Origin: Phoronis australis | Lineage: Eukaryota > Animalia > Phoronida | Reading direction: 5' to 3' | DNA length: 64,000 nucleotides | Assembly (NCBI GenBank): GCA_002633005.1 | Contig: NMRA01000335.1 | Span: 372,001 to 436,000 of the forward strand | In this document: piece after piece, positions 1-11,260 of the stretch | Position numbering within the stretch: the first letter of the stretch is position 1 | Layout of the letters: the number at the start of each line of letters is the position of its first letter | Program-made: the position numbers and the translations under genes | Notes under the pieces: generated by a model | What the model saw: only the letters and a program-made list of their open reading frames with translations | Database searches by the model: none | What the model was told of the DNA's origin: nothing

Positions 1-529
1 AATTCAGTCCAGCTGCTTAGGCTGCTTGGTCACCTTTTGTAATCCTTTGTGACACCTGATGTCATATTGTGTGTTGACTGTTGGCAGCCCAGCCAGATGG
101 CGCTCTATTGTGTTGGCAGGGAATGGGGGTAATTGAACTTGCGCTTTAGTTCACAAAATCAAATTTTGGGTTTGGGGTTGAATTTTCACCCGTACTAGGT
201 CCATAATGATCAGCGTATGAGAGGAAGTTGTTCTACTGCGCAAAAAAATGGCCAGGTGGTCACAGAATGCTGGGTCGATGATTGTTTTTTAGGATACTTG
301 AGGTTACGTAATTAGTGGTCTCAAAGTGCCCTCTGTTGTTAAATTGTCTTCTGTTATGTTCTTGCTGTGAAGCACTGGAACCATGGCATTAGGGCATTAA
401 TTTTATCTATTGACTCCATTTTGTTCAGTTGAATAGCAAACGAACAAGTTGGCTGGTTGACCAGCGTATTCGGTATCTTACACAATTTATTAACTCCACT
501 GTGATGTATGTTTATGGTTGGAGTACCAG

Positions 530-767
530 GGACCCGTTGCAAGAAACTGACTTAGGTTCATTTATTTTTTACTTACTGGTAAGTCTAAGATTTGTCTTAA
601 CTTCCACACTTTGAAACTTCCACATCCGGTAAGTTGGTCGAAATTAAGACAAAATTTAAGTAAAAGTCAATGAAACTTGAAATCTTAAGAAAAATTTAAA
701 TTTTATCTTAGAATTGAATGAAGATTAAATTTTGTCATAGCTAAGTCAGTTTTCTTGGAATGGGCTC
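530..767. mobile_element. MITE with GGRCCC-type TIRs and CAG TSD (PIF/Harbinger-like)
   Basis: Left end ggacccgttgcaagaaactgacttag and right end ctaagtcagttttcttggaatgggctc. CAG at 527-529 and 768-770. Confidence 0.7.
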
Positions 768-1528
768 CAGCTCTCTTTTGTTTGATAATCGCTCTATTCC
801 GATAAGATCGCATCTTGTCAGACTGAGCTATGATCTCAAAAATAAAAGATAGTGAGGGAGTTTGAACATAAACCAATAACAATTCTGAATTCCTCATCAG
901 ATGTTGGCCATGCTTAGTTTTTAATCATTGAAGTAGCCTGTCTACAACCAAAGTTAAGGGAATCTATTCTGTCAAATGCATTGGGTTTGACTTTGTTCAT
1001 ATGCAGTTGGTAATAGGGTGCAGCCATTATTGGTAGATACTTGACCTGTACAATGTAAGAGGATACAAAAGACTGCACTCAGCAGTTTTAACTATTAAAA
1101 CAAAGTAGCCAGGTGTTATCATACGTTCAGAACCCACATAGTGTGGTAAAGTCACTGAATGAGAGAATGCTGTTATGGTTTGTAGCTCCTCTGGTGATAA
1201 CATCCCCACTTACCTCTTGGTAATATTTTGCTTTCTAATGTGCCTATCAACACACCTCGTGCTGCACTGTAATCATTTCTTTCCATGTTGTGTCTGTTGC
1301 TTGGTTCAAGTGCATGACTCTGTATTTACTTGGGGCTCGCTTATTTTCGTCACCACCAGTTAAGTATCTGAACAGTAACAATAAAAAGTGGCAGCACAAG
1401 CCACCTCATAACAAATAATCGTTTACTTTCAGTAAGCAGAAATTGACATTTCTGGAGCATATATTTCTTAGTTTTGCATTTTTTTTCTGTTAGATTTTAT
1501 CAGTTGATTATGATTTTTTCTCCACCAG

Positions 1529-1860
1529 GTGTCGCCAAGCATGACTTAATTCCTGTGGAGGAACAGGACTACATAGTTGCCTACTCCACAATGCCTGGGG
1601 CACCTTCTTACAGAACCACTGAAGGAACTCACTTCATGCACAAGCTGATGAGTAACTTGGACAAATATGCACATCTGCGCCCTCTACCAGACATACTGCA
1701 AAACACCATCAAACACATCACAATACAGACCCCCCTGGTGTTTACATCACTCCAGAAGAAGTTCATGCTGCGGGCCAATATGGCGGGAGAACACCACGGT
1801 GCGCGGATCCCAAGGTTCAACAAAGACAATATTCTAGTGACTGTTCCTGTGCAACCTTCG
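1529..1860 (+). CDS. Internal exon of a caspase-family gene (p10 small subunit plus C-terminal extension)
   Basis: Acceptor tttttctccaccAG at 1527-1528 and donor GTAAGT at 1861. The translation IPVEEQDYIVAYSTMPGAPSYRTTEGTHFMHKL...QTPLVFTSLQKKF matches the caspase p10 pattern IPxxxDFxxAYSTxPGxxSWR..GSWF..QxP..S/TLxKKxxF. I did not find the QACxG exon in the window. Confidence 0.8.
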
Positions 1861-2593
1861 GTAAGTGAATTACATCTACCCCGCCTATTGGTCTCCTTGA
1901 TGGTAGGTTTGCAATGTCTACCTTGAAATAAATTTACTACATCAGTTTTGGTACCTCTGAGATTTCTGAATTATTAGTTTTGTCCAAAATTGGCTAACTC
2001 TGGAACATTACATTGTATCTCAAAAATGGGTGATTTGATTTATATGCGTCTTTCACTTTATGCACTGTTTCCTAAAATGCTGTTGGGAAATGTTTTAGAC
2101 AAAAGTATACGGTACATATTCCAATTTTGCCCGAGGGCCATCGCTTTTTGGTTTTTATGAAAGCAACCCAAAATTTGCATGAAACAAAAATTAGCTAACT
2201 TAGAAAACTGTAGGAGGTTTTTCAGTATTTCATCTTGAATATGTATATCAAGCAAAATTTGGTCTAGTTATTGATATCGTTGCTTTGCTATGAATTTAAT
2301 GTTTTTTTGCTAAATTTTAATCTACCCATCCTATTAATCTCAGATTAGAAGTGCCAAATCAAGGTTTTCTACTTTCAGAAAACTTTTACTGTCAGAGTTG
2401 AAATCTTAAGTTTTGTTGATATTTAACTTATAGACTCATTTCATGCTGTGAATATCCCCTTTAAATGAGATAAGGATCAATTTGGAGATACCTTTTGAAT
2501 ATGTCCATTATGATGTCACATGGTCAGCTGAACCAGGTCTATCCACATTTCATTCACAATAGGGGAATAGTTATCAATAGTGGCTCTATTCAC

Positions 2594-2941
2594 TAAGTCA
2601 CATAGGGAGGGTAATTACTGTTTCTTGTCACATAATATCTAAGTAGAAGGCTTGAAAGCATCCAAACTTTATTTTCTGGTTTCTCTTTGGAACAAAAAAA
2701 AACGTAATTAAGTCACATAGTGAGGGTAATTACTGTTTCTTGTCACATAAAAGCTAAGTAGAAGGCTTGAAAGCATCCAAACTTTATTTTCTGGTTTCTC
2801 TTTGGAACAAAAAAAAAACGTAATTAAGTCACATAGTGAGGGTAATTACTGTTTCTTGTCACATAATATCTAAGTAGAAGGCTTGAAAGCATCCAAACTT
2901 TATTTTCTGGTTTCTCTTTGGAACAAAAAAAAACGTAATTA
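2594..2941. repeat. Tandem repeat, 3 x 115-116 bp
   Basis: Units start with taagtcacatag at 2594, 2709 and 2825 and are nearly identical. Confidence 0.95.
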
Positions 2942-3782
2942 AAGCGATCTTGTCAACAATAACGCAAGCCTTGAGCTATATTTTGGAAAGTAGTTTCCAG
3001 CATGGCGTATAATCTAGTTAACTGCATTTATTCACTAACTCGCAATATAAGCTGTGCCTGATTAATTTGGATAAAACCTGCTCCAGGTCTTATGTTCCTG
3101 TTTAAAGGGCATGTTCACAACATGTACACCTACCTGGAGGTAAGTTTACTGCATCTGCCACATCTCTTGATCTTCTAGGTGATCAGTTAGTCTACTACAT
3201 TTCTAGGTATGTACAACTGTGAATGAGTCGTTCTTACCACACCTCTATAGGTCTTCAAGACAATAGTGAATCACGTTTGTCACATCTGTAGGTCTGTGTG
3301 ATGCTCACTGCTTTCTTTGGGGGGGGGGGGGTTATTAGGAGCACCCTGATAAACCCTAGTGTGCACTAGTTACGTGGAGCCTTTGTGTTATTTAGGCAGG
3401 TTGGACAAGACAGGTTGGAACATATCAACAAAGGAACAGTAGTTGCTATGTGCATTTTTCTTGTTTAATTTTAATCGATTTTTGCCGTTCAGACTGAAAA
3501 GGTCAACACTTAACGATAGATTCAGTTTTTACAGTCCACTGTGTTTAAAATTGGTGGGAAAGAATGTTATGATTACAATTCCCATATCTTTAAATAACAG
3601 AAGTCAGTTATCAAAGTCTGGACACTGTTGTGAGTGGTTATCAACCGGTAAGAAGCATTGATAGTTGTGGGTTGGGAAATGCAAGGTAGCGCCCAATGAT
3701 GTTACATCTACTTCCCAGCCCTCCGTAGTCATGACAACACTATGGGTTACACTAGAACATCTTACCACAGTCACTGAGCCTA

Positions 3783-3918
3783 GTGCCCACACTCCACATT
3801 CTACCCTGGTGACCAAGTGTGCACACTCCACATTCTACCCTGGTGTCCAAGTGTCCACACTCCACATTCTACCCTGGTGTCCAAGTGTCCACACTACACA
3901 GTCTACCCTGGTGACAAG
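3783..3918. repeat. Minisatellite, 4 x 34 bp
   Basis: Unit gtgtccacactccacattctaccctggtgtccaa. Confidence 0.9.
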
Positions 3919-6351
3919 TATGGCATGAAAAGCACCAGACACCCGTGTACATGTAACTGAGCAAGTGCCCGACTGGCTATATATATCACCCTGCCTGCAG
4001 GTTTGTGTCTACACTATGATTTGCACTGGGACAAGTTTCTCTGGAACAAGTTACCCTACCTCAAAAACTTAAGGTGGGGTAAGTTGAAGTGTCACACGTT
4101 TCAATATTCCCCAACACACGTGTAGCATCCACACTTAATAAAACCTTGCGACAACTCCATAACCGGAGTAACTTTCACTTAGTCTAGTCTGCACAATTTT
4201 ATGTTAGCCTTGTTCACCCCACCTTGGTAGTAAGTTAAGTGCTCCATGTCTACTGCACTCTTAGGTCTTCATAAGTAATCTTTAGTGCAGTGGCTCACTA
4301 TCTTTGGAACTGATCGTCATGAAACCTCTCACATCACTAATTAGTTGAACAAGGAATTGAAGGCTAAAAATGGAATATAAAATTAATCAAGTTAGCGGCA
4401 GTGTATTACTCTTTTGATGAAGTAATCGATGAATTCCACGCAGTTATTGTGTGGTTAGCAATACTAAGGCTCCGCACTGAAGAACCATATGTGTTCCTTC
4501 CATCTATATGAACTATATTAAGAAGATGGTGCTGCATATATCTTTAAGAATTGATTTCACTACACAACCACCATGCTCGTTACTAAGTATTTTTACCATA
4601 CTTTGTAAGTTGTACCCCCACATACAAATCAGGTTGAAATGCTTCATTGTGAGGTTCTTATGGCCACTTCACGGCACTATATTGCGCATCAGGGCCCGGC
4701 ACTCGTTCCTTAGGTGTACACTGCTCAGCTCTGCTAATCATTATTTCATGTGGCAAAATTATTTGACGTTCTTCATTCTCATGCTGATAAAGTTTTTTTG
4801 GACTTTGTTGCTTTAAAATTATCTGGCGTGCTGGATAAGTTTGATTGTTGCGTTGCTCAACAATACCAACGTCAGGCCTGATATTACATCATCATTGTTG
4901 TTACCCAGCGTCATGCAACTCGGCTCCGATGCATTTCGAGTTCCAATGCTGATTCTTAGCCTTCATGGATGTTGTAATGATTGTCCTTTACTTGTCCGAC
5001 TCAGTTCCGAAATATTTAGTGGTCTAATCATTTGTGGGAAAACTAGGTCAAGTCATGAACCGCCTTTATTACCTTCGCGAAAGAGGAGAATTGAACTTGT
5101 GATATATGGATATTGACACTATGGCTCTTCAATTCTTTAGCATTATTTTTGTAACTTGTTAGGACTCCGTTGATGATGACAGCGAGCCCGACTATGATGA
5201 CACAATGGCAAAAGAACTTGTACAAAGTCAATCATCTTCAAGCACAAGTCACATTGTAAGTACGAGTGAAGAAGCAAAGACCAGCTGTGGTACATGCAGT
5301 ACAGATGTAGCAAACCTGAGCGACTTTGACAGCATGTAAATCTGTTGAGTCCGTTGCCATTACGGCGTTCTCCCGTTCAGTGACTTTTACCAGACGTAGA
5401 GGGTTGCGAGCATGTGATAACATCTAGGTCCTTTGTTAACTGCCAAGCACAGTGTTTTTTCTGGTATGACAACAGGCAGGCCTATTATCTACCAGGCTTA
5501 TTACAGACTACATGTTAAAACAGTCAAACCCAGAGCAAACTGGTACGATTGGAAGGAATAGGTTGTCCTAACTGTGGTTGTAGTTGTTCAATTTTGGTGA
5601 TTTAAAAGCTAATTATGGTCAGCATTTGACAAGGAGTTCAGAAATGCATTTCTGAACTATAATAGCTTATCTTTCATTTTTAACAGCACAGCCCAGTTAG
5701 GCTAGATACGATCTTATTGGAGATTAGAGCAATTATCGAACAAAAGAGAGCTGGCCCTCCAACTATAAATGCCAGATTGGAGTTGTAAGCCATGTAAGAT
5801 ATTGGCTGCAGGGGTCATCTTCCCAACTTGTTGTTGGGCTATAAAATCGTACAAGCCGTGAGCAACGGGAAAACGCCGTAATGGTCACTGAGCTCTTATG
5901 AGTGGCTGGGCGGCTAGGATGTACAGTATGTAGGAATGTTGGTGCATGTCCTTTGTGAATGACAGGTCAATATGCAGCCGATTGATTAACTCCCCTGCTA
6001 ATGACATGACTACCTAAGCATGGAGTTATTTAAAACATTGAAAGACAATTGAACTTTCTTGTGTGTTATCAAAATTGCTTTCCACATATGTTTGCATGAA
6101 ACTTGACTTGTCTGTTATTGTTTTTTTATCTGGATAATATTTAATTTTACGAAACACAGTTCGCTGCAATGTTAAAGGTACCGTAACTGTTACATTACAT
6201 GACCAAAGTAATCAGACAATCCTTGTCATGATGGATAGGGCTGTTAACAGCTAAGATGACTGGTGAAAATGGCGGCAAAATTCTAATTACGAAATGGCGT
6301 AGACACCTTACTAACTTTCCTTTTTTTATTTTTTGAATTGTCGGTCGTCAG

Positions 6352-6439
6352 GGATGGCTACCCTAGCGACGAATGTGTCTTCCGCGCTGCCGTCATGATG
6401 GAGAATTCTTGGGTCACTTTGGCCGATTACTTTTGCTGA
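6352..6439 (+). CDS. Candidate terminal exon, possibly of the caspase-like gene
   Basis: Branch-like CTAAC at 6311, then a long polypyrimidine tract and cAG at 6350-6351. The sequence is GC-richer and one frame reads DGYPSDECVFRAAVMMENSWVTLADYFC*. The frame is not established. Confidence 0.3.
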
Positions 6440-6940
6440 GTATTGTAGCTTTAATTGCTTAAGAATTTAAGTGTCATTCGTTACGTATGTCCTGAGTGTC
6501 AGAACGAAGCAGTTACCAAGTTAGCAACAGAGTTGAGTATAGTGATTGGTAGTTTTTTGGAATTCCACAATTTTGGACTGGGCCTACAAAAGTCATGTCA
6601 TTTTCAAAACAGGTGACAAGTTTTGTCAAAATCTCGCTTCGTAAACCATCAGAAGGAAAGCACCTGGCCAAAAATAACAAAAATTAACCAAAATATTGAT
6701 GATTCTTTTTGAAACCCACTGCGCTTTGCATAACTAAGGACTTGTCTCATGGAAAAGGGACTCAATTAATGCTTAATTCAGAAATTTTGGTCTTCTGCAC
6801 ACATTTTGCTATTACTGAATCTCTAGTTTTTGCCTGGTAATTTTTACCATGTGATGGGGGCAAGTTCATTTTCACGAACTCGCAATCATGGACATGTTCC
6901 CAGAGACCATACTTTCCTGAGATAAGGTCAATCGCAAAAA

Positions 6941-7006
6941 TTTTAAGTCTGGTCAGCAGGCCACCTTAAATGGCCCCGCCAGGTGGCGTGCTGACCAGAC
7001 TTAAAA
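6941..7006. repeat. Inverted repeat, 26-bp arms with a 14-nt spacer
   Basis: ttttaagtctggtcagcaggccacct pairs with aggtggcgtgctgaccagacttaaaa, one mismatch. Confidence 0.9.
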
Positions 7007-9248
7007 ATGTCTGTGATATACATTTCCATGCCGGTTTAAGATTTATATATTGATATAAATATGATGAAATAACTTTGGAAAAACGAATGAGTCATGTAAT
7101 GTGTGGAACACAAGACAAAATTTTGGACTTGTGTCGTTTCAGTCACTTTTCATTGCATAGACTGCAGTTCTTATTGACTATGCAAAAGTTCCTTTGTTGA
7201 TAGGTTTTAATTTATATTAATTTTTCTTCTTTTATAACTTTTAAAATAGCTGTGTTATTGTGCGCAACACAAAAGTGAATTTTATTTGTTATACGCTCAA
7301 GTAAAGTTTGCTCAATTGTGACGTTAATGTTTATTTTTGAGGAGCTTGCAGTTCACTAGGTGGCGCTGGTAATACAATGGCTGTTCCTGATGGCATGAAT
7401 TCAGTTGTTTGGGCAAAAATTCACATGCAAGTGAGAGAAGAACTTGTTCCTCAACGCTACCTAGTGAGGTATGAGTGACTCGTCATGTGAAAAGCGACTC
7501 TTTTAACCTTTTAGTTAAATTAGTAACATTAGTTTTAGTTTCCTGGCTGCAGTGCTTTAGCTTGTTAGTTTTGCAAGTTTTATATGCATAATTATTATTA
7601 TTTATGTTCTTGTTATTGTAAGGTAACAGCTTTCATTCTGCAGTGGCAGATTATTACACGGTAAAACTGGCAAAAGTCAGACGTGCACAAAGTCAGACGT
7701 GCACAAGCCGATGTTCTTGTTTGTGCATTCAACCCTTCAGGCATGTCGGATTTCGCCTTACACAGATGAAATCCCTCTCTCCGCTTGGATCCGATTAATG
7801 AGTTTTACTGAGGTTTGTTAGTTGCGTAACAGTTTTGCATGATGTCATGTATCATTTAAGAATGCTAAGCTGTCGCAATGTTGTAACTTAAAAGACTCGA
7901 GTAAAAATTGGGTATTTCGCTCCCACGTCACAAATTTGTAAGAAATGATTAGTCTCAACATTACTAGCTCATCACGGCATAGAAATAATTTATTAATTAT
8001 CTCAGTAACTGCCAGTTATGTGTAGATTCTTGGATACTTTGTGTAGTTTTGCTGAAGTGTGATTTAAATGTTTTTCAGAAATTGTTGTGTGGAGCCGAAG
8101 ACCAAATTTCTGACTTGGGTCTTTAGCCACTTTTCACGAAGCAGTTAGAACATGCCAGTATTTTCATGAAGCAGTTAGAACAGGCCAGTATTAGAAACTG
8201 ACTGATATGCTGTCACTTTACTTCTTGTATTAGCCACCAAAAACAAACTCATCGTTGAAAATTGAGCTTTTTTGTATTGTTTTTTAGGTGTAAAGTTTTG
8301 TACTTGCCAGTATATTGGTGTTAATAATGGCCAGTGGCCAGGATGTCAAACTGTGTTAAACACAGCCATTGTCTTTCCTGTAATGCATCTTGTCAGATTT
8401 TCAGCACTACATCTTGTTATAATTACAAATCTCACTTTTTACAGGGGAACACAAACATTTTTGATATCATGTTTAGTAAAAAACACTTATCGTTAGTTAT
8501 GTTGGAGATATGTTTTCCACATCGATTACTTTTCTGTCTCGAAGTATAATTCTTCACCCATCCAGGAAAGTTCATAATCCGACAAATTTAACCTGTTGAG
8601 CTGGGCTGTATCATAAAAATCCCTTAAGCCCCCAAGAGCAAATCGGAGAAAGTATGACATAGTCCAGTTGAACAGGCTTAAAAGTTGTTGAATTATGATA
8701 ACTTTTCTGTTACATATTAACCATCAATGGAACAATAGTAAGTGACGGGAACAGCCCAGTAAAACACTGGCAACTTGGTTACATATTCACTTCCACTGAG
8801 CAAACACTACGTCGTAGTTACTACTGAGCACAATCTGTCAGTCGTTGCTTGCTTAATAGCCGTTAACTTCACTTTCAATTGTTCCACGGATTGTAGGTAC
8901 TGTAGCTAACACGGAAATTATCTCTTCAAGGTAACCAGTAAGCTATATATTTACTTTTACTGAAGAGAACGTAAAAAACGATTTCTTTCTCCTGAACTTG
9001 TATATTAGTGCTCCATTTCAAGACTTGTGTAGCATCATGGGAAATCTCACCAGTTCAGTATACACTATCATGGTAGACGAGTGAAATTTCATATTTTCAT
9101 TAAAAGATCAGTTGTACCAAATGACTCCTATCACTTTTAAAGTTCTGCACCATAGCTTCCATCAGACAATGATTTTGAGAAATTGTAGGCATTCATAACT
9201 ATGTCCAAAGCCTTTCAAAATAGAAAAAATGACCAATTTTGGCAATTA

Positions 9249-9513
9249 CTGTAAACTTTCGGGTTAACGCCCTGGGCAGTTAAATTGGCGAGCCCAAAAA
9301 TCCAGGGATGGGTGTTTAACCAGACATGGGCGCTTCAACATGAAATTCCAAGAAATCGTGGGTAGGCGGTTAACCTAGAGGTGGGCGCTTAACTGGAAAT
9401 CTTCAAAAATCGCAGAGGGGTGGGCACTTAACCGAGCAGTGGGCGCATAAATTGGAAATCACATTAAGTTGGTGGTTATAAATGAACATGGGCATTAACC
9501 CGAACATTTACGG
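9249..9513. mobile_element. Tc1/mariner-type MITE (TA TSD, CCGTA-type TIR)
   Basis: ta|ctgtaaactttcgggttaacgccc ... gggcattaacccgaacatttacgg|ta, a 20/24 inverted match. Internal gggcgcttaacc subrepeats. Confidence 0.75.
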
Positions 9514-10189
9514 TAGTTTTGTTTGGAATTAGTGAGATTTTACCATATCTAAAATTTCCTTCTTTGTCTGGAATTTAATTTAGGTCAAGTCGTATACAGA
9601 ACCGTCTTCAAAAACCATCATCTTAGTTCATCTCTTGTGCTGGATACCTTTGTTTGGTTCTTAAATGCAGCAAGACGGCATTTCCAGTTACGCGAGATAA
9701 CATCTGAACCAAAAGGAGTTCATTGATTGTTGCCATGGGAACATTCCAACTACAATGATTTATTCAGTTCAGAATTAGCACTGTATCAGAATTGATTACT
9801 AAGTATTTCGAACATCGAATGATTCTGGGGCTTGGTTTGACACAGTAAACTTCATTTGCCTATTTCGAAGTTATCAATTTTGATCGGACTCCTTGCTGTA
9901 TTTGTCTTGTTGAGTGAGTTGTTAGTTTATTGCTTCCTAAACTCATTTTGGTTGCTATGCAATGCTTAAATAAAATGCTAGTGACGACCAGTTTTGTGAA
10001 TCTCGACAACATTAGCTCACAATACATCAGAATCAAGATAACAAAAGAAGAGTTAACAAAACAAAAGCAACGCATTGAAATGTGCTCACGAATGCACTGC
10101 AAACAGTGTGCTTCTAGAGTTATTTGTATCATAAAAATGGCCAATTCATCTTAAAATGGAACATGCCATCGCTTCTTCAATAGAAAGCT

Positions 10190-11260
10190 ATTTACTTAAA
10201 ATTTCAGACAAATCTGTCAAGGACCTTGGGAAAAACAAATGAAAATGGGAAGAAGTGAAATTGCCACTACGGGGTACAGCATCCACCTGAAAGCCGTCTA
10301 TTGTTAACTTAATATAAACACACTTACTAAATTTAACAAAGATCCTGCAGTGGATTTAGGAGGGGCAGCTATGGGCACAAAACAAGACAAAACCACCACT
10401 AGAAAGCGCCACAATAGTCGGAAGTTGTCATTGTCAACCGTCCTCTTCACGCTGAGAACATCTATGCCAATTTTCAAAATCATTTTAGAATGGTTTGGTT
10501 GATAGAGGGGTGGATGACTCGAAAACAGTAATAATGGCCACTAGGTGGCACAAAATACCTCGAATACGAGAGGATAGCGTCACTAATAGATGCCTATATG
10601 CCAAATTTTATTAAAACACATTGAGGACCTTTGAAGATACTAGGTAAACGTAAAAAACTGAAATTGCCACTAGGGGGTGCACTGATAGTCCTTCGTTGTG
10701 AACAGTCACATACACTTCATGCTACACTTGGTAAAGATCCTACAAACAGTTTAGGAGATACAGACATAGGCGCAAAAAAACTGCCACTAAGAGGCGCCAC
10801 AGTAGTCGAAGTCCTCGGAAAATCATTGTCGGCCATCCTCTTCTATACATGCCAACTTTCACAATCATCCTTAGAGCGGTTTGGTTGATAGAGTGGTGGA
10901 CGCCAAAAAAACTAACTTGAAAACAATAAAAATGGCCACTAGGTAGCGCAAAAAGTGTTGAATCCATCCGAAAACAAGAGGATAGTGTCGTCTTGTAAAT
11001 AGATGTCTATATTCCAAATTTTATGAAAATACATTGAGGACCTCCGAGGATACTGAGGTAAGCGTAAAAAACTAAAATCACCACTAGGGGGCACCGGTAG
11101 TCAGAGAGGTCTGAAATTTGTTGTCAGCTTGATAGGAACACACCTGCCAAATTTCATCGAGATCCTGTGAGGGGTTTGGGAGATACAGCTCCAGACAACA
11201 GACGCCCAGACAGAGATGACCACAATATGCGACCACATATATATAAGTGGGCGCATAACG
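10190..11260 (+). repeat. Interspersed element with internal subunits of about 130-150 bp carrying CCACTAGGGGGCRC-like motifs
   Basis: Seven motif copies between 10264 and 11081, and a higher-order repeat of about 400 bp (10500-10680 resembles 10880-11095). Boundaries are approximate. Confidence 0.75.

Noticed and set aside
1474-1926. 150-aa ORF as a complete single-exon gene
   Set aside because: It begins at a TTG inside a polypyrimidine tract and contains strong internal splice sites, so only 1529-1860 is the supported exon.
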